Positions 37,378 to 57,500 of a stretch of DNA of 64,000 nucleotides are shown in pieces; position 1 is the first letter of the stretch; each line of letters begins with the position of its first letter. The stretch is from assembly GCA_963693365.1 (NCBI GenBank), contig CAVNZM010000006.1, forward strand, positions 2,170,001 through 2,234,000, written 5' to 3'. The position numbers were made by a program, and so were the translations under genes. Below the pieces are notes generated by a model that saw only the letters and a list, made by a program, of their open reading frames with translations, made no database searches and was not told the DNA's origin. Source of the stretch: Amoebidium appalachense. Lineage: Eukaryota; Protista; Ichthyosporea.

Positions 37378-38110
37378 AGTGGTCTAGCCGGCCAGCCTGT
37401 GTGCGTGTGTGGCCGCCTGCCCCGCTACCATGCTGCACGGCAGATGCTGCCAATCTGTGTGCACGTGCGTGCCTGGTGCCGTGCTGCTGTGTGTGCGTGC
37501 CTGGTGCCGTGCTGCGTGTGCCTGTTGCCGCTGCTGTGTGTGCGCCTGGTGGCTATGCTGCCCCTATCCCTTCTACGCTGCTAATAACTATGCTGCTAGA
37601 TGCTGCCCCCCCGGCGTAATATGCCGGACCTAGTTCCCCCTCCCTTTAGGCCCGGCGCACACCTACAACGGCACAGCAATGCTAATACTACAGTAGAGGA
37701 AAAGGCACACACTGCTAACACTAACTATAGTAAAGGGGAAAACTACATAACGCAAGGAAAAAACACGCAGCTATAGAAAAAACACGCACACACACCCGTG
37801 CTCTCACACCGGTGTCCGTCGAGATCTGACGGGGGGACATGAGCCAGAAATGTCTGATCATGGGCAGAATTCGAATTCGGCTTCCATCGCCTGTGACACA
37901 AACGAGGGAAACCTCGGGAGTTAAAAAGTTTAGCCTCAGACTCTGAGGGGATCCGGCCCGACGGTACCGGTGCCGCCAGCCGCTCTCTAATCTCTACCTC
38001 TCTTAGATCTCCACCCCTCTCTCTCTCTCTCTCCGTCTCTCTGTATCTCTCTCTCACCCTCTTCTTGCCCCCGCCCCAAGTTCTGTGTCTCTCTCTCTAG
38101 CTCTCTCTCT

Positions 38111-38176
<66 letters not shown>

Positions 38177-39537
38177 TAGATCTCTCTCTCTCTCTCTAGA
38201 TCTCTCTCTCTTTTTAGATCTCTCTCTCTCCCTCCTTCCCTCGAGCCCCCTAACTCCCTCCTTCCTTCCCTCCCTCACTCGCCGCCTCCCTCAAGGACCA
38301 TTGTCTACCAAAGTTGTGTCCCTCTTTGTCCCCCCTCCCCTATAGTTCCCCCCTCTCCCCCCGTTTCCACCTCCCCCCCCCCCTCCCCTATTGTTCCCCC
38401 TCCCCCCCTCCCTCCCCCCCGCCCCACCCTCCCCCCCCCCCCCCCCCCCCCTTCCCCTCACCCCCCGGCACAACTATGTGTGTCACATGCAATTACTAAG
38501 GTACAATCACTACTCGGAGAAAGTGCTATTAGGCCAATGGCGGCATCTGGCTTTTAAACACTTTGGCCCTAGGACCGACCTCATCAGTCCAGTATCACAT
38601 GCACGGGTTATTCAGAATTCAGTTAGAAATCATTTAGGAGACAATAAGCACTAAAAAGTTGCCGCGGGGGGGAGGGGGGGGGGGGGAGGAGGGAGGGGGG
38701 GGGGAGGGGGGGGGGGAGGAGGGGGGGGGGGGGGGGGGATTATAAACAGGTGCTTTCGAAGTTGGGGCAGAGAATAAGCTAAATTTTTTTATGGGAAGTG
38801 AAAGGGGGGAGGGGATGGGAGGGGGCGGGCAGGGGGGGGAAGGGAGATATCCATAACCAGGTGCTTTCAAAAGTTGGGGCATTATTTTTTGATGGGAAGT
38901 GAAGGGAGGGAGGGGGCCGGGGGGGGGGGGGGGAGGGGGGGGGGAGCGAAGGCCTAGGGGTAATTATCGAGATGCCCAACATGAACAAATTGCTGGCAGA
39001 AAGAGATAAAACTGTTCTTTTAGCTTTTAGGTATTCATACAAGGCGGTTTACTGCCGAGACGTCACTATAAGAATGAAGGTGTGTGCGCTACCAGGCGGA
39101 GAAATGATGTGTACACGTGCACAAAAGGGTCTAGATTGCATGAGTGGCACGTGCCGCAGTGCGGTCACTTGGCATTGCATAACTTGAATGTGTACGCGTA
39201 TCACAGTGTGCGCCGTGGGACTAATGTGTGTTTGTGTACATGTGAGTGTGTGTGCATGTGTGCGTATGTGCATGTGTGTGCACGTGCCTTTATGGTTGGT
39301 GTGGTGTTGTGCGTGTGTGCGTGTGTGCGTGTGTGCGTGTGCGTGTGCGTGCGTGTGGGCGGGCAGGCGGGCGGGATGGGGGGGTGGGGGGGTATGGGCG
39401 GCGGGGGGGCGGGCGGGGGGGGCGGGCAGGCTGGCGGGCGGGCAGGCGGGTGGACGGGCGGGCGGGCGGGCGGGTGGGCGGGCGTGCGGGCGGATGGGCG
39501 GGCGGGCGTACCACGGTACGTGTGTGTGTGCGCGCGC

Positions 39538-39582
<45 letters not shown>

Positions 39583-39991
39583 TGTGTATGTGTGCATGCG
39601 TGTGCGTGTGCGTGCTAGTGGACAATGTGTCTGTGCGTGTCTGTGTGCGCGCACACGTGCGTGTACGTGAGTGTGAGTGTCATAATAAGCGCGCGCGGGT
39701 TGTGTGTACATTAGCTGTGTACATTTGTGTGTGTGCTTGTACGTTTGTACATCATGGCCCGTCTGAGTGTTGTGGCCTATGATCCTGCCGGCAAAGCCAA
39801 GAACAAACAACAAACAGGCCAAAACAAAGCAACGTCCATAGTGCAACGTCTAATTCCCAAACCTGGCCCAAACCAACGGCGTGCCGCGGCCGGTGTAGTG
39901 CCTATTGACGATGCTTGCCCACTGAGTATTAAAAAGACAGCCTTCAAGACTACACACAGTCAACCGGCACCAACCAGAACCACAGTACAGA

Positions 39992-40538
39992 TAGCGTCCG
40001 CGAATAAGAGCCCCCGCCAATAAGATTTCGCCCCCGGCAAAATCGTTTTTTTTTTTAAGATTCTGCCCCCCGGCCAGTCTTCGGGGTGATCTTATTGGCG
40101 GACGGATGAATAAATCATGCTGGATCATGTATGATCATGCCCGACAAAAATGGCGGGAAACTGTCCACATGTGTACTGTCCACTCTTTTCCACATGGTTC
40201 TGTACCTACCGTAGTTCAATCTTTACCAGCTAGAGGGGGTTGATGTTGCAAGGGTGAATTGATAACCAAAAATACAATAATACAATACAATCATGACATG
40301 TTTGCCTTATGGTACGTCCCAACTCAAAGTGTTAATACATATGGCATATGCATGACATTGTGTCAGTGTCATATATGCATGTACCGACTGCTCTTTCCTG
40401 GGTTCATATGTACTGTACTGTGGTGTTGCCCCCCCCCCCCCCCCGCCATTAAGATTCTGACCCCAACCCCTCCAAAAAATTTAAGATTCCGCCACCCGGC
40501 CCGGCCACATTTTGGGGGGTTCTTATTCGCGGACGCTG
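39992..40538. mobile_element. MITE-like element with ~24-bp TIRs and Tc1/mariner-like ends
   Basis: The left end (t)agcgtccgcgaataagagccccc matches the reverse complement of the right end, cagcgtccgcgaataagaaccccc. The right end is followed by TA. Internal subrepeats read taagatt(t/c)...cccc. Confidence 0.65.
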
Positions 40539-40834
40539 TACCTACCATTATGATGCTAGATCAGTCATGTGGCCCTTGCAGCTGGCTACAAGTCACAAAC
40601 ATGTAACTCAGGATCTCATTTCTCATGTGTCACATGTACAGTGCACGTGTGTCAGCATGCAGAAATCCATTCCCGGGTTGGAACATGTTATATCAACTGG
40701 TCCTACTGTACGGTTACGGTGCATGGTGGGCCGCGGAGGGAGGGGGCGGGGGGGTGGGGGGTCACATGATGGGCCGAGAACGGGGGTGGGGGGAGGGGGG
40801 AAGGGGGGAAGGGGGGAAGGGGGGTGGAGGGCCT

Positions 40835-41010
40835 GGCCAATCATTAGCGCAAATAGAGTTGGAGATGACTTAGATCGAATAGATCTAAGTGTTTTTGATG
40901 CGCGCACAGCCAATCATTGCGCCTGATCTGCATTCCTGAAGGTTCGCTCGGAATGCATCGCAATGGTTCCACCGGATTCTTTCGGCCCTTGGCTGATGTT
41001 ATTGGCTGGT
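40835..41010 (+). promoter_or_regulatory. Duplicated CCAAT-containing motif upstream of the globin-fusion gene
   Basis: gccaatcattagcgc (~40836) and gccaatcattgcgc (~40909), plus a reverse attggc at ~41001, lie in a CpG-containing stretch about 500-660 bp upstream of ATG 41496. Confidence 0.45.
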
Positions 41011-41495
41011 TTTATCTGTTGTAACAGGTTATCTGTATGTTCTGTGACCAACCTTCCAGTCTTGAAGCTCACGGTACAAAGAAAGCACCTACAATAGTGA
41101 CCGAAACTGTGTATGAAACCTCTAGTAAGCCTGAATCACGTTGTCTTCTGAGTAGCACAAAACAGTATTCCAACCCATGTCAATCATCATGACCGCAGTT
41201 TGGGCAACTGGGTAAGATCACAGCCACACCTTTTAATTCCCATGTTTCTTGAACATTTCCTATCGTGACGATTCATCGACCAACACTTTCACCGACCAAC
41301 ATTCAGATGGTATCAGCGAGCTGCAAAGCAAAGAACGACTGCTTTTATCTTTCCACATATTACTGGGGAATAGTGTCTGTGCCAAGATCCCTTACGTTTG
41401 CCGCCCAAACAAAACAGTAAGGCAACGATTCGAATTAGAGTCGGGTTACTGATATTCAAGATCCACCCACACTCGTTCCAGTCACATACACGTCC

Positions 41496-47932
<6,437 letters not shown>

Positions 47933-47954
47933 TGCGGTTGGGTGGGTGGTGGTG

Positions 47955-48001
<47 letters not shown>

Positions 48002-48767
48002 ATATTCATGGCGTAGGCATAGGAAGGAAATATGGCCTATGTGTAGGCTAGTCAGTTTACTGCTGATTTCGCTATGTAGAATAGTGGATGTCGGTAGGTG
48101 TGCTCGTGTAAATCGGCTGTAAAATTGCTCCAATTTTTTTTACTTGGTAGATGGCAACCAGGGCAACAGAGAATTAAAATGGGTATAGACAATGTGCACA
48201 TGATCCAATTAGTGTGCGAATGGCTAATGTAGAGGCAATGCACACAAATGGTGTATATATGATATGGTTATAGATTATGCTGCATTTCAGTGAAACGATT
48301 AATGGTATGAATGCTAACTAATATCAGACTACGGAAGCGGATTACCTACATAAGGCAAGGGTACAAAGCCCAAAAATCGTAAAGCCAGGGTACGTGGTAA
48401 TGCACACATGAGGAAAGGAGCTCTGTATGAATGGCAATAATATATCGTGTGTATCATATGCGGCTCAGCGTAATTTCTTTGAGCACCAGCATGTACGCTG
48501 ATAATACATGGGGGATGCCCCTTGGTATCAATGTAGATTGTACGGGTAATCGTTTGGGTGTTGGCCTATTGGCCGGAAGTCATGCATGATACATTTGTAT
48601 TGGCCCCCCGTGCCATACAAATACGTCAATGAATGTTGTGAATGATGGAGGGGTCACAATGCACACCATGTGTCTGCCATACTATGCACGTGCTAATGTG
48701 TCTAATTCTGATGCCTAGGCACGTGCATGCATCTTGCTGAATGTACGAATGTGGGATATGCTGCTTC

Positions 48768-49045
48768 TGGATAGACCACTATAGCTGTTAGCTCTACTAA
48801 TACATGTACATTATGCTATTGGATAGACCACTGGAATTTATGCTCAAGTGGATAGACTACTACGGCTGCACTGTCACCGGCGTTAAGGACATATTTGCCA
48901 TGCTGTTAGCCACTATGGCTGCTAGCGCTAGTTCTACCGACATATATACAGGACATACATGCTAAGCGGATAGACTTCTATATCATGCTATTTCTACCGG
49001 CATATATACAGGATATAAATGCTAAGAGGCCTAGGATAGACCTAT
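48768..49045. repeat. Degenerate tandem repeat with core ggatagac.ac
   Basis: ggatagac recurs about five times, with ttctacc.acatatatacagga duplicated. Confidence 0.6.
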
Positions 49046-50127
49046 GGCTGCTACTTATGTCTACCACTGTGGCAGTAGATAAGTGACTGCTGACCCAACC
49101 GATGCACAGGTTGAAAGGGCGCTATTACAATCGGGACCGAGTTCCCCCCCCCCCCCCCCCCGGGCGCCTGCCTCCCCTCTAACCCCCCTCCACTCCATTC
49201 CAAACACACGCATGCAGGCATGCACCACTTTGGCCTTGTGCTCACATGGATGTCGCAACGCGCACGCACACCTGCGCATGCACACGCACACACACACGCA
49301 CACACACTCGTGGGTGCGCAGGCACACGCAAATATATCACGCACACACGTACGTGCACACAAACACACACTCACACCTGTGTGTGACCGTGCTCGCTGAG
49401 AGGAAGCATGACTTTCGACCAATGATATTATTCCGGCCTGGCTAGCACCAGGCTGCCATTGCCATGGCTCATTCCTTTTATTACACACTACATCTGGCGT
49501 ATTATCAAATCATTAAACATTTTAAGTTTATGACGCCTCAACTAGTTAGGTTTACCCACCACCCATACATGCCAATCAGATGCATGCAACAAAGTTTAAC
49601 ACGTGATATTAGTTTTTTCAGCCACCCATACATGCCGGTTGGATCGATACCTGCACCCATTCAACAGGAAGTACTACGCCTCACAATACTCATACCCCAC
49701 CTGTCCTGTTTTCATGAAACCCTCTGTATGCTCAATGCATTAGGCTGTGTGCCTGTGTTCGGTTTGTGCATCTGTGCTAGTGCTTGTATGTGTCTGTGTG
49801 CACCCAACCACCCCCCCAGCTAACACTTAATTCTTGCCTAAGGCATACCATGTTTCGTCCCCCGTCCCCTGCATGTCCCCAGTTGAAATAAATGGTAATC
49901 AGACAAAGCATCCTTTCGCAGATTAGTATATAATTTTTCTACCCGTAACACAATAGTTACTTCTTGCTTCACACCCCACACATGATCGCGCATCCCATTA
50001 CGTAACCCTGATACACCCCTTCCCCAACCCACCCCCCCCACCCCCCCCACCACCACCGCGGCCCAACACACCCACAAACCAATAAAAGGAGGTGGGAATC
50101 AAAGCACAAGAGCTAGCCATACCACCA

Positions 50128-50786
50128 CTAACCCAACATTGTCGCACTCTGCACCCTGAACCTCGAGTCAGGAAGCCACGTATAGACCAGCCCAAATGAA
50201 GCCAGTGCAGCCAAAGACAGGGCAGCAAAGAGGGCCTGACCCAATATCGCCTGCATGTGGGGGTATAGGAGGGCCACAGAGAGACTGCCCAGCCAGAAGT
50301 TGCAAGCACTCAGCAGGGCGGCATAGGGCCTGACGGCAGACCCAAACAGCTCATTGATGACCATCCAGTACAGTGTGCCTGGGCCCACCCCATGTGCCGC
50401 CACAGCAAGGGTGATGAAGTAGAGTGCCATCAGGTTGGCTGCCTCATTCGTGTTGTAGAGCGTGCACAGGAAAAATGCAAAGTATGAGGCCGATATGGTG
50501 CCAAACCCAAGCAGGAGGAGAAAGCGGTGGCCCACCCTCTTGACACAAAAGGCACTGGCCGCATTGGCAAGCAGGTAGATGGCACTCGTGCAGAGGGTCG
50601 CACTCTGACCGTACCTGTGGGGTGGGGTGGGTGGGTGGGTGGGGGGTTGGAGGAGGTGGGGGAGGGGAGGGGGGGGGGAGGGGGGGGGGGGGAGGGGGAG
50701 GGGGAGGGAGGGAGGGGGTTGCGTGGAGCGGTGTGTGTGGGTGTGTTTTTGTGTGTGTGCATGCACGTGTGCCTGTGTGTGTGTGT

Positions 50787-50839
<53 letters not shown>

Positions 50840-51063
50840 ATGTGTGAGTGTGGGTGTATGGGTGTGTGTGTGTGTGTTGGCGGGGGAGGGGATGGGAGGG
50901 TGGGAGGGGAAAGGGGGGAGACTATCGGTGGGCAGGTGTGTGCACGTCCACACGTGTGTTCGGTGTGTGTGGGGGGGGGGAGGGGATTAGAACGTGCTAC
51001 AGGGTAAAAAGTACACATTCATGCCATCTGCATATGCGGGCAAGGTTGGGGGGAGGGGGGGGT

Positions 51064-51097
<34 letters not shown>

Positions 51098-52774
51098 TCG
51101 TGTTGTGGCTGCAACCCAAATGGTAGGGTGGTGTAGGTGCATGTGACTGTGTGTGGGTTAGGAGGCATGTGTGTGTGTTCTTTCAGCAGTACGTGTGTGT
51201 GCACGTGCCATTTTGTGCACAAGTCTGTGTGTGCTCGAGTCCTAATTTCAGTCCCTGCCCAAACACCTTCCCTCATCCCCTTCCAACTGCCCACCGGCTA
51301 CTTGACTTCCCCCACGACAAACAAAAAACCGTCACTACATTGGTGCCTTTGTCTGCACTTACAACAACAACCCCCCTCCCCACTCCCCACTCCCCAATCC
51401 CCCCACCCCACCTCCACCCCCCCAACCTCTTCCCCCGCTCCCCCCTCCCCCCCTGCCCCTCCCTAACAGCATCAACCTGCCCCTCACCCCAACCCTTTCC
51501 CTTAACAGCAATCCGTCCACCTCCCCCCCCCCCCCCCCTCCCCCCCTCCTTCCCAAAACAAGGACAAACTTAACCGCCCTCCCCTCTCTAGCAACCCCTC
51601 CCCCCCCCCCCCCAAAAAAAAAAAAAAAAAAAAATAAGTAGAAAAAAAAAACACCTGCTCGCTGGCAACAACAACCCCCGCCGCCTCAACAAACCCATCC
51701 CCCCTCCCCCCCTCTCCCGCCCACCCTTCCCTAGGCCTTTCCTCCCTTTTGTCCGTTATTCTCTTCCACAGTTGGTACAGTGCACACCCACCTGAGGCCG
51801 CTCTTATTGAAGACATCATTCGAGTAGAAGGACACCACACTGGTGCAGGACAGTGCAGCAGCCAGGTCCAGCACTAGCAATAGCTTGAGGCTCTTGCGGT
51901 GCTCACGACCTAGCAGCCGCTGCATACCAAGCGCTGTGCCCTCCTCGCTAAAGTGCTTCTCTAGCGCTAGCGGGTCCTCAAACATGAATGCAGGTGCGTC
52001 TTGTTTCTCCGTGGATGGCAGCGTGAGGATGTTTGCTTTGCGCACGAGGGGCTCACGGACTTGCACGGCCCACCCCGTGCTGTATAAGATGCGGGGGTGG
52101 TCGGGGAATAGCCAGTGTGCGGCAAAGTGGAACAGGGAGATGGGCAGACACAGGGCGTAGAGCACGTACCACTTGTGCTCGTTGTGCAGCACGGCGTTCA
52201 TGGAAAAGAGGGACGCCAACAGGGCACCACCCCCCACCAGCAACTCGTGGGCCAGGTCTATACTGCCTCGTAACTGCTCTGGCTGGGCGTCAGCAATAAA
52301 CAGGGGTACAGCGCTACAGCCCAGCCCAGCTGCAACCCCGGCCAGAAAATAGCTCGAGCATAGCAGGGGCATGTGCCGTGTGAATAGGAGCGTCACGCCA
52401 CTGCAGAACACACTCATGTTTGTTATTTGCCTCGTAGTTCTATAGCCGAGATGCCGAAGAAACACTCCGCTCGAGGCCGCACCAACCAAGCCACCGAGGG
52501 GGAAGAGAGCCACCACGAGCGACCAGCCAAACTCACTCAGTGGCCTGCCCTGTGTGGTGAACCACAACATCACGCCCACCTTACTGTTGTTGATGACCAT
52601 CTCAGCAAACCCGAAGCAGAACGACTGCAGCACGGCCACACGCACTATGCCAAACACTAGTGAGGGGCCATGGGACGCCTCAAAGGGCTTCACTGTTTGC
52701 GTGTTGGCCGCTAGCCCCTCCGCCGGCAGGGCGCCGGCTTCAGCGGCCACTAAAGGCACCGCGTCAGCACCCAT
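50128..52774 (-). CDS. Divergent sugar-porter (GLUT/SLC2-like) MFS transporter, ~489 aa, 2 exons
   Basis: Exons 52774-51792 and 50614-50128 (1470 nt). Motifs: SFCFGF..VIN, WSLVVALFPLGGLVG, GYR, VPLFIADAQPEQLRG, PDHPR, VKRVGHR.LLL.G, GVGPGTLYWMVINELF...RP, NFW, LPDSR. Multiple hydrophobic helices. Confidence 0.88.
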
Positions 52775-53347
52775 TTGCTACCTCATAGTGTAAGTAGGGT
52801 AAGAACGTCAATAATGGGCGAGGATCCCCACTCGACCGGGACAAACCCTGTCCTCAGTGTTGGCTCTGCTTCGTGTCACTACCTAGCTTCAACGTCAAAA
52901 AGACACTTATATAACAGCGCAAACCCCCCTAGTTATAACTAGCGCCTATGTTTTTACTATAGCTACGCATATCAAGGTTGTACTTGCACGAAAGCCATAG
53001 TAAGGAAACTCGAACAGGTTTTACCGTTCTTTTTGGGTGGTTGCCTGCCTGCGTGTGTTGTGAGTCACTCGTCTACTCGTGCTGCTGCTACTGGGGCTGT
53101 TGCTGGTACCAGATATCAATTGTTTACTGATTGGAGATAAATCATGCGCTCTAAGTAAAACTTTTTTATTGCACCAATCACATGTGTCTTGGACATAACT
53201 TACGGCAGGGTAACACAGGCACCGGTCCCCGTGTTGACCGCACGCTGCGGCACGCACGAACACACACGCAGATACTGCACGCACGCACGCACACACACAC
53301 ACAGAGAGAGACAAACATACACAGACACATACACAACCACACACACA

Positions 53348-53385
<38 letters not shown>

Positions 53386-54366
53386 GCACATGTGAGCATG
53401 CACACATCTGCATTGATACATATGCATGGACGTTTTTTATAAGATCATATATACGTAGCTACGTACATGCGCGAGGGTCTTTACCGTGATATCACGCAAA
53501 GAGGATAACCTAAAAAAAGCACCCCAGCTTCGAGACTGCTTGCTACTGCTTGCATTATTCAACCAGATAGTTGGCACCTAGGTAGGAGTGGTATGAGGAG
53601 AACCTAAAGTTGAAACATTCCAAATATTCGTTATCACGGCTACTGGCCAACAGTGAGTTCGAATCGTGACATAATACCATTCTTATACGATAAGAAAGCA
53701 TCTCGAAGCTTCCCGTACCAAGTAAGCACTGTAGTGCTACTAAAAAGAAGGCGCAGGTCACACAGAGGAATTCCGCGCGTTTCAAACAGTCTACTCCCGG
53801 CAGAACACTGTAAAAAGAAAGATCCCAAGTTTAGGAGGTTTGAGCCAACACAATTGGCTGGAAGACGTACAACCAATCAAGCACACAAATAGGGCTGCGT
53901 GCGTGCAAAAAGTACTGCTTCAAATATGCATGAATAGGCAACATTGCTCAGAGAATTTGAGCTGTGTGTTTGCGTTACATGAATAACCATGAACATATAT
54001 AGTTAATAGAACCTTTTTTTATTGCTTTACTTCAACGTTTTTAGAGAACTTTGGCTTCAGCTGCAAGGCCAAAATGTTCGTTTGAGCCCATCCAGTGCCA
54101 TCCACTACTCGCTGTTGTACCAAGAATTTGCTGCGCTCAGATCGTAGATGACAAGCAGCGAATCAAGCACTTGAACTCACTCACACGTCTCACTAGGTGT
54201 TTCGTTTGGCACAACTGCGCACAACGTTTTTGTCTCTCTAATGCACAGTGCAGTAGAGAATACTAAAGTGTGTATTTGAGTGAAGCGCTGACTTGTTATG
54301 AAGTGGATTGTTTTGTTGCCCTTCCAATCACCCTTTTAGCGGCTCTTTGCCGTAACCCACGCCACC

Positions 54367-54773
54367 ATGTCTGTTGAGCGGCACCACTCTCACCGCGAGT
54401 ATGTGCGGGTGCCCGAGGCAGACGTGGAGCCAGACGACAAGGAACAGACCGAGGATGGAGACGGTAAACACCCTGTTCCCCTTCTTTGCCAGAATCCACT
54501 GGCGTCTGCACACTCACAAGCACCCACGTACATTTTTTAACACGCACCTGCAGGCACTCAAACACGGTCGGCCGCACAACCACCTCATGCACATGGAGCC
54601 ATAGCATCTCAAACCCTTTTCTCCGACACACACACACATACACACCACATGCACACGCACGAACGCACGCACGCACGCACGCACGCACGCGTACGCACAC
54701 ACAAACATACATACACACACACGCACGCACAAGCATACACGCATACACACACACACACACACTCACACACACA

Positions 54774-54814
<41 letters not shown>

Positions 54815-54819
54815 ACACA

Positions 54820-54856
<37 letters not shown>

Positions 54857-55938
54857 GCGCACACCTGCCCACCCGCACCTCTCCTCTCCAGACACACAGG
54901 TACACAGGAAAAGTCCAACATACAAACACCTCCTTCTCTTGCTACCACATGCACGGTCACCTTGTTCACAACTACACCTGCCAAGCGTGTCTGCTCTTGT
55001 TGTCCCCATCACCCTGTGCCACTCACAATGCTTGTGCACCACTGTTTTTATTCATTGCCTTGGGTTTGTAAGGCCTCAACAAGGAGAATCAGTAAAATTC
55101 AACCAGATCATTTGCATTCTGAATGCACCTCTTCACTCTAGTTCTATGCCTTTTGACTCTCTTGCTGCACCTTGCTGCTGCATGGGCTGCTGCATGGTAT
55201 CACAAGCACTTATAGTCGGCTGTGTTGTTGCTTTCTCAAACACCTAAAAAAGGAAAGACAGCCACCTTGCTGTGTGTTGAGGCTTACAGCCCTGTGCATG
55301 CTTCCACACACGCGGTATACAGAACGTGTTGGCACACCGACACATACACGTGCACATCAGGTGGCACAGGCCCACACCCACGCGCGTGCACACACACTCA
55401 CGTAAACGGACTCATATACTCGGACACACGGAGACCCCGTAAACACACACGGAGACACGGAAGAACACATACATACACACACGCACATACACATCCACAC
55501 ATACACACATACATGCGCACACACGTGTGCATGAACGCGCAAGTGAACGCACACACACACACACACATACACACACATACACGGACAGGCACACGCACAC
55601 GGTTGCCTACGACCTCATGCACACGGGCCCAACACATCTTCAAGCACAGTGCTTGTAAGCACACAGACACACGCTCACACTCACACAGACACACAGACAC
55701 ACTAACACATACGCACGTACGCATGCTCGCACACACACACACACACATACACGTACACACACACACACGTACACGCACATCTGGACAAGCTTCTTATTGG
55801 AAAGCGCCGGCAGGTGCCTTACCTTCACACAGACGTGCCTTACATTCGCACAGACACGTGGGTGTGCCTGCGCAAGCACACACACGAACGCATGCCCGTA
55901 CACATACATACACACAGATAGAGGGAAGCTGACACACA

Positions 55939-55972
<34 letters not shown>

Positions 55973-56328
55973 ACATGCACGTGTGCACATACACAGGCAC
56001 AGGTAGAGAGAGACTCGAAACACCGAACACACGCACAAACATACACAGTGGTTCTTATCCTTGCCACATTTTCATGTGCCGTAAAGGCAGCTTGATTGTC
56101 TTCCCCTCCGATCCCCCCCCCCCCCCCCCCCTCCCACCCCCTTAAATCCATAGCTCCTCAACAACCACTAATGCATACATTCTCCCCCCCCTCCCCCCCC
56201 CCGTGCCAACCCCCCCCCCCCCCCCCCCCCCGACCTACTACCTAACAGACACAAAAGCTAACGGATATGGCACAGTGTGCACGGACAAGCAAAGGCATGC
56301 GCAAACAAGCCACCAGACACCCACTAAC

Positions 56329-56364
<36 letters not shown>

Positions 56365-56404
56365 CCGGGCCACCCCTCTTCTCTAGAAGGACGAACACAC
56401 GCCC

Positions 56405-56464
<60 letters not shown>

Positions 56465-57466
56465 ACACGTACACACACACACGTACACAACACACGTATA
56501 CACACATACGTACACAACACACGTACACACACAGACATAGCACACGGTGTGCATGAGCGGCCACCCCGTCGGACCCTCCTCCACCTGCTAGCGCTCAATG
56601 CCTTTGGGTTTGCCTACGGTGTGTTGATAGCCACATATGGGTTATTGACCCTCCCCAGTGAGAGTGAGCACCTCTACCCCCAGCAGAAGGCAGTCATGCT
56701 TGCATTATTTCTAGCCCTGGCCGGTGTGTCGCAACTTTCAGGCCCTGTGGCCGGATTCTTTTCTGACCGTTGCATGCACCGGTGGGGGCGAAGACGGCCC
56801 TTCATGCTCTATGGTGGCCTGGTGGGGCTGGTGGGGCTGGCCGTCCAGTGGCAGGCTAGCCGCAGTTCCCTGCTTGGCCTCTACCTGAGTGCCTACTTTG
56901 TGAGCATGCTGGCCCTCAATGTCATGTACACGGCATATGGGGGTGCACTCACAGACCTAGTGCCCGAGGAACAGAGGGGACAGGCAAACGGCATTCTTGG
57001 AGCCATGGCCGTGCTGGGGGCATCAGTAGGGTTTGGTGCGTTCAGCCGCTATCTGACCATTGAGACTGGGTACATCTTCTATGCTGCCGTGCTAGCTGTC
57101 ACCACCACCATATCCCTGCTGGCTATGAGAGAGAAGGCACTTGTGCGCAGGCCAGACCCCTGGGTTGCTGCGGAACTGTGGCTGTGCTACTACATATCCC
57201 CCACACAGCATAGAGACTTCTTTCTGGTATTTGTCTCGAGGACACTGGTAAGTGGTTATGCAGGGTGTGGTGTGTGGTTGGGTGGGTGGGGGGAAGAGGG
57301 GGGGAGGGGGAGGAGGGGGAGGAGGCGGGGGCAGGAGGAAAGAGGGGGGGGGGGAGGGGGAGGGGGGGAGTTTGTGTCCATATGGTATGTGGTCGTTTGT
57401 GTGAGTGTATGAATGCGTCGGTGTGTTTTTTTTTTCTTGTTTTTTTTTTTTCCTGTGGTTGTTGTT

Positions 57467-57500
<34 letters not shown>

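Noticed and set aside
39100-39700. Multiple RCGTG/CACGTG hypoxia-response-element-like sites in the intergenic region
   Set aside because: The same words are frequent throughout the (CA)/(GT) repeat background, so enrichment cannot be claimed.
56249-56300. Possible extra MFS exon after cctaacag
   Set aside because: No donor with a compatible phase was found, and exon 1 joins 56535 in frame without it.
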